DNA of 64,000 nucleotides from Candidatus Bathyarchaeota archaeon (GTDB lineage: Archaea; Thermoproteota; Bathyarchaeia; Bathyarchaeales; Bathycorpusculaceae). Under the pieces are notes generated by a model. That model saw only the letters and a list, made by a program, of their open reading frames with translations. It was not told the DNA's origin and did no database searches. The stretch spans positions 64,001 through 128,000 of the forward strand of contig CAVZPM010000038.1 of assembly GCA_963777155.1 (NCBI GenBank), given 5' to 3'. The translations under genes and the position numbers were made by a program. Below, piece by piece: positions 60,113 to 64,000 of this stretch; within the stretch, counting starts at the first letter, position 1, and each line of letters starts with the position of its first letter.

Positions 60113-61459
60113 TTGTTACGTGACGCTTGGACTGTAGCTATAGAGACTCTCAGCTGGATAGAAATGCGCAGACTCAACGAGAGAGCTGCCTTAATGCGGA
60201 CAGTGAAGCAACTCGGAGTCAAGGACCCAAGCGCCATACGTTTCGCTTACGGCTTAGTAGTTGAGACAGAACGCCGAAAAAACCTCATCGACAGATTAAT
60301 CAATGAAGCTGTGGCACCCAAAAAAATCGGCGAATACAACCTGGGCATCCAAGCATTTCTCCGTCTATACGTTCATCAAACCCGTGTGGTTAAGAACTGG
60401 GAAAAAATTAATTTAAAGGAAGCTGAAAACATCGCAAATATGGGCAGAGCCATCCTAGGCTGGCAAACCATGCGCGAAGTAGAACCATTCCTTGGATTTC
60501 TTCTAACTAAAAAACTGTCATCAATCATAGAAAAAGCCAACGAAGTTGAAAAAATCAGTCTTCAAACCTTCCATCCCACATGGTTTGTAGAATACTGCAT
60601 CAAACTCTTCGGGCAAAACGAAGCCATCACATTTTTGAACGGAAGCATGAAAACGCCACCAACCTACATCCGCATCAACACATTAAAGGCAACAGAAGAA
60701 TCAACCCTACAAAAGCTCAAAGAGGAAGGCGTGGAACTACAAAAAACCGAGCCCTTAAAATGTACCTACAGGGTTCTGTCAACCAAAAAACCCTTAAACG
60801 CCCTTCCAGCGTACGCGGAAGGTTTATTCTATGTCCAAGACAAAGCAAGTTGCTTTGCCACCCAAGTCGCAAACCCACAACCCGGCAACACCGTTTTTGA
60901 CGTTTGCGCTGCCCCGGGCGCCAAAACAACTTTCATAGCTCAGCTAATGCAGAACCAAGGCAATATAATATCAGTGGATTTCTCTCCTAAACGCATGAAG
61001 ACATGGCAAAAAGAAACCAAACGCATGGGAGCCCAAATTGCTGATCCACTAGTTGCAGACATAAGTGTCTCTATGCCGCTATTAGGAGAAGCGGACCTTG
61101 TGGTTTTGGATCCCCCATGCACCAGCACAGGTGTATTTGCTAAACAGCCCTCAGCTAAATGGCGTCTCAGCCCCAAATCGATCCAGAATATGTCAGGGCT
61201 TCAATGGCAGATGATTAACAATTGCGCCGAAAAAGTATCCAAAGGCGGAGTCTTGGCTTATTCTACATGCAGTATAACCATGGAGGAAAACGAGGGCGTA
61301 ATTGAACGGTTCCTAAAAGAACACCCAGACTTCACCTTAGCCGACATTGAGCCCAAAATCGGCATGCCAGGACTGAATGGCTTAACTAAATGCCAGCGAC
61401 TCTATCCACACATCCACCAATGCAACGGATTCTTCATAGCAAAACTACAAAAACAATGA
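60113..61459 (+). CDS. RsmB/NOL1/NOP2 m5C RNA methyltransferase with NusB-like N-terminus
   Basis: RINTLK, QDxAS, DVCAAPGAKT, DPPCT, YSTCS, ENE. Confidence 0.93.
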   Translation: MLRDAWTVAIETLSWIEMRRLNERAALMRTVKQLGVKDPSAIRFAYGLVVETERRKNLIDRLINEAVAPKKIGEYNLGIQAFLRLYVHQTRVVKNWEKINLKEAENIANMGRAILGWQTMREVEPFLGFLLTKKLSSIIEKANEVEKISLQTFHPTWFVEYCIKLFGQNEAITFLNGSMKTPPTYIRINTLKATEESTLQKLKEEGVELQKTEPLKCTYRVLSTKKPLNALPAYAEGLFYVQDKASCFATQVANPQPGNTVFDVCAAPGAKTTFIAQLMQNQGNIISVDFSPKRMKTWQKETKRMGAQIADPLVADISVSMPLLGEADLVVLDPPCTSTGVFAKQPSAKWRLSPKSIQNMSGLQWQMINNCAEKVSKGGVLAYSTCSITMEENEGVIERFLKEHPDFTLADIEPKIGMPGLNGLTKCQRLYPHIHQCNGFFIAKLQKQ

Positions 61460-61474
61460 GAAAAAATCGTAAAA

Positions 61475-62056
61475 TCAAGTGGTACCGAAATCGCCTAGAG
61501 TCCTTTGTGGGGTTTCTTTGGTGTATAGTGGGTAGGTTATTTTTGTTCCTTCTACGCGTGCAAACTCGGTGAGTTGATGATTAATGGTGCTGTCTTTGCT
61601 TATGATGTGTTCAACTTTTACATGCCGAGCCATAAGAGCGTCACTGATGAGACTTCGGTGGCAACGCCAAGGCAGTGCTTCCGCACACATCAACGTCAAC
61701 CGGTTCTCCCGTGCTAAAGAGATGATTTTTAGAAGGCTATCGGTAAATTCTTGGGTTTGCATGTAGTCGGCGTAGCCTCGGAAACCGCTGTTTTTCCATG
61801 CCAGGTTGACCGAGTCGTGTTTTGGGTGTCTGAGTCCGCCGATTTCGGGCATGTGAATGTACCTTACGCCATAAGGTTTTAGGCTGCCTGGGAGGGTTTC
61901 TTTGTTGAATTGGGGATTATGCCTCGAACGCGGAACTGTACGGACATCCACCAGCAAAGTCACTCCGTAAACGCCCAGTAACTCTACGAATTCCTCCAGC
62001 GTTCGAGTTGAGTGCCCAATCGTGAAGACCACTTTGGACTCGGATGCTTTAGCCAA
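61475..62056 (-). CDS. DUF488 family protein
   Basis: TIGHS, DVRxxPxS, LMCAE...CHR; probable TTG start at 62056. Confidence 0.88.
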   Translation of the reverse strand: MAKASESKVVFTIGHSTRTLEEFVELLGVYGVTLLVDVRTVPRSRHNPQFNKETLPGSLKPYGVRYIHMPEIGGLRHPKHDSVNLAWKNSGFRGYADYMQTQEFTDSLLKIISLARENRLTLMCAEALPWRCHRSLISDALMARHVKVEHIISKDSTINHQLTEFARVEGTKITYPLYTKETPQRTLGDFGTT

Positions 62057-62302
62057 ACTGCAAGCCTTCTTAGCACATAATATGGACGATAAAATATAAG
62101 AAGTCAAAGCAACTGCCGTTTGCAAGTAACCAAAGAAAACAAAGCAACCCAATCAAACGCTGCTATCTGTCGAATGCCTTTTAATGACCCTAGTCAACTC
62201 AATTCCCGTTCAAAGCAAGAATGACCTAAATGCTTCTTCTTTTGCAAAACAAAGGGGAACATTTTTACTCTCAAACGTAGACAAGCTAACAGGGAAATAG
62301 AC

Positions 62303-62638
62303 GTGGATGCATTCAAAGTAACGATAATTTTCACCGTAGTAGTGTCAGTCGGTATTTTAGCAGGAATTATGTTCATCGCCCAAGATATGATAAATAATGC
62401 AAAAATACCTGACGTTGAAAGAGACTTGGTAGCTTCAAAAGCCGCTATTTCAGACAGCCATCTTGCAAACTTCACCGTTAACCTCTCCGACGGGAAAACG
62501 CTCTACATCCAAAACAACGCCACTCTGTATCAAAGCATCCTTGAAAACCAAACTTACGTCTTTACTTGCCGCATCGATTTTAGCAATAAAATGACCTTAA
62601 TCGACCATGCCGACTTTGTTAATGCGACCACCCCCTAA
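62303..62638 (+). CDS. hypothetical membrane-anchored protein
   Basis: N-terminal TM helix, several NxT/S sequons. Confidence 0.65.
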   Translation: MDAFKVTIIFTVVVSVGILAGIMFIAQDMINNAKIPDVERDLVASKAAISDSHLANFTVNLSDGKTLYIQNNATLYQSILENQTYVFTCRIDFSNKMTLIDHADFVNATTP

Positions 62639-62759
62639 AAGACAAAGATATGAAATTCTTGTTCAAATAATCTCCACATTGGTATTCCCTTAATTAAACC
62701 GCCTAACTGCAAAAATTTATTAATCCAACTTATACTGCATAAGTTAAGGCGAAGAATCT

Positions 62760-63107
62760 GTGTCCCTAGCAACTAAACTGAAAACATTTAAGCCCTTCGA
62801 ACTGGCATCCTTTGCTTTCTATGCTGTTACAGGTATGATTCTACTGATTTTTCTGCCCCTAACAGGTTATCCACCGCATGTTGCTTTTTTAGGAATCATT
62901 AGCCTAATAACTGGCTACAGTCTCTTTGCGAAAAGAGTCTGGGCACCATGGCTCGTCGCAGCCCTGGTCATTGTTAACACGGTTTTTGCGCTTGATGTGC
63001 TCTTCTCAATTGCTTTTAGCAACGTACTGGTTGCGTTGAGCATGCTGGGTTACGCTGTTTTAACATGGCTGTTTACGGCATACCTTTTGCTCAAGAGAAA
63101 AGACTAA
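62760..63107 (+). CDS. hypothetical 4-TM protein
   Basis: 115-aa hydrophobic ORF. Confidence 0.7.
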   Translation: MSLATKLKTFKPFELASFAFYAVTGMILLIFLPLTGYPPHVAFLGIISLITGYSLFAKRVWAPWLVAALVIVNTVFALDVLFSIAFSNVLVALSMLGYAVLTWLFTAYLLLKRKD

Positions 63108-64000
63108 ACCTTAGCGGCTAATCCGCGAAACAGCACAACTGCCACTTCCTGGTCTACGTCAATGAACTGCTCGTTTTCCGCAATCTCAACAAACCCATCG
63201 GCGTTCGCCAACGTGGTTATTGCGCCTGAAGCACCAGTCTCCACCGGCGTTGCAATCAAACGGCAAGTCTCATCGAACTCTAATTTTACCATCACAAAGG
63301 TTCGTCTGCCTTTTGCACTAAACATTCTTGCGCCAGCAACAGCCCTAACCATCTTCATAGGTGTTACAGGTCGACCAGCTAAACGCAGAATTAGCGGTCT
63401 TGCAAGTAGATAGAAAAGCAGTAAAGCAGATGTAGGGTTACCTGGAAGCGAAAACACCGGCTTGTCACCGACAAAACCGACGGTAGTTGGTTTACCTGGC
63501 TTCACCGCTATTCCGTAAACGACGATTCCTGGCTTGCCCAAAGAATCCACGATTTGTGGCGTGTAATCGCGTGGACCCACCGAAACCCCGCCCGAAGTAA
63601 TCACCATATCCGCTGAAGCTACAGCAGTTTGCATAGCCTTACTTAGTGCTGCTTTGTCGTCGGGAACCACCCCCAAATACACGGGTTTTGCACCGCTTTC
63701 AATGACTGCTGTACTAATGGTATAAGCGTTGATATCGTAGATTTTTCCCGCCTGCAATTCTCTACCAAGCTCAGTGACTTCTCCGCCTGTGGAGAGAACT
63801 GCGACAACGGGGATTTTTTGGACTTTAACGCTTTTTAAACCTAAAGCAGCTAAGACGCCGATTTCACTGGAACCCAACACTTGCCCTTTCTTAAGGACAA
63901 CAGCGTCTTTTTTGATGTCAGAGCCTTTCTTCATCACGTTCTCGTTGGAGGTGACAGCGGTATAAACGTGGAGTTCGCTATCTTCATGTTCAGTGTCTTC
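63104..64000 (-). CDS. moeA: molybdopterin molybdotransferase MoeA, 5' part outside the window
   Basis: STGxE, DIN, TSGGVSVG, KPGKP, LPGNP. Confidence 0.93.
   Translation of the reverse strand, partial: EDTEHEDSELHVYTAVTSNENVMKKGSDIKKDAVVLKKGQVLGSSEIGVLAALGLKSVKVQKIPVVAVLSTGGEVTELGRELQAGKIYDINAYTISTAVIESGAKPVYLGVVPDDKAALSKAMQTAVASADMVITSGGVSVGPRDYTPQIVDSLGKPGIVVYGIAVKPGKPTTVGFVGDKPVFSLPGNPTSALLLFYLLARPLILRLAGRPVTPMKMVRAVAGARMFSAKGRRTFVMVKLEFDETCRLIATPVETGASGAITTLANADGFVEIAENEQFIDVDQEVAVVLFRGLAAKV

Noticed and set aside
523-63965. Numerous 60-150 aa antisense or overlapping ORFs in the track
   Set aside because: Shadows of well-supported genes on the other strand or frame, with no motifs of their own
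1-64000. tRNA, rRNA, CRISPR arrays, IS elements, prophage and inteins
   Set aside because: No T-loop/cloverleaf, regularly spaced repeats, transposase/integrase or intein motifs seen; PolB1, TopA and Cdc48 are normal length

Overview
This is a gene-dense archaeal chromosomal segment, most likely from Bathyarchaeia (TACK superphylum). That assignment is inferred from a crenarchaeal-type PolB1, TFE-beta with an FeS tail, an arcadin-1 homolog, an OSTC/DC2-like protein, a eukaryote-like STT3 and frequent TTG/GTG starts. Most of the window is housekeeping: KEOPS (kae1, bud32, pcc1), rps15, a RecJ/GAN-like DHH protein, truD, pth2, cdc48, EF-1beta, fen1, glmS, rtcA, trm5, xpd, clp1, radB, carS, topA, aglB, aglH, polB1 and moeA. 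I found no rRNA, tRNA, CRISPR array or transposon. About ten genes, some essential, carry single-base frameshifts that are most likely long-read consensus errors. The best leads are: (1) a tandem (ferredoxin-MvhD)x2 protein coupled to nfnAB with no Hdr or hydrogenase nearby, next to a rubredoxin-pyruvate oxidase fusion; (2) a secreted Met/Gly-rich protein, an ArsR regulator and an unannotated 51-aa CGCGCGCG/zinc-ribbon microprotein, with a shared AATATT motif upstream of the first two; (3) an OSTC/DC2-like subunit near STT3 and GPT; (4) an orphan arcadin-1; (5) an HTH/S-layer-like regulator divergent from glmS with palindromic sites; (6) six Cys-rich microproteins below the ORF-track cutoff. 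All homology calls come from motif recognition by eye, not database searches.
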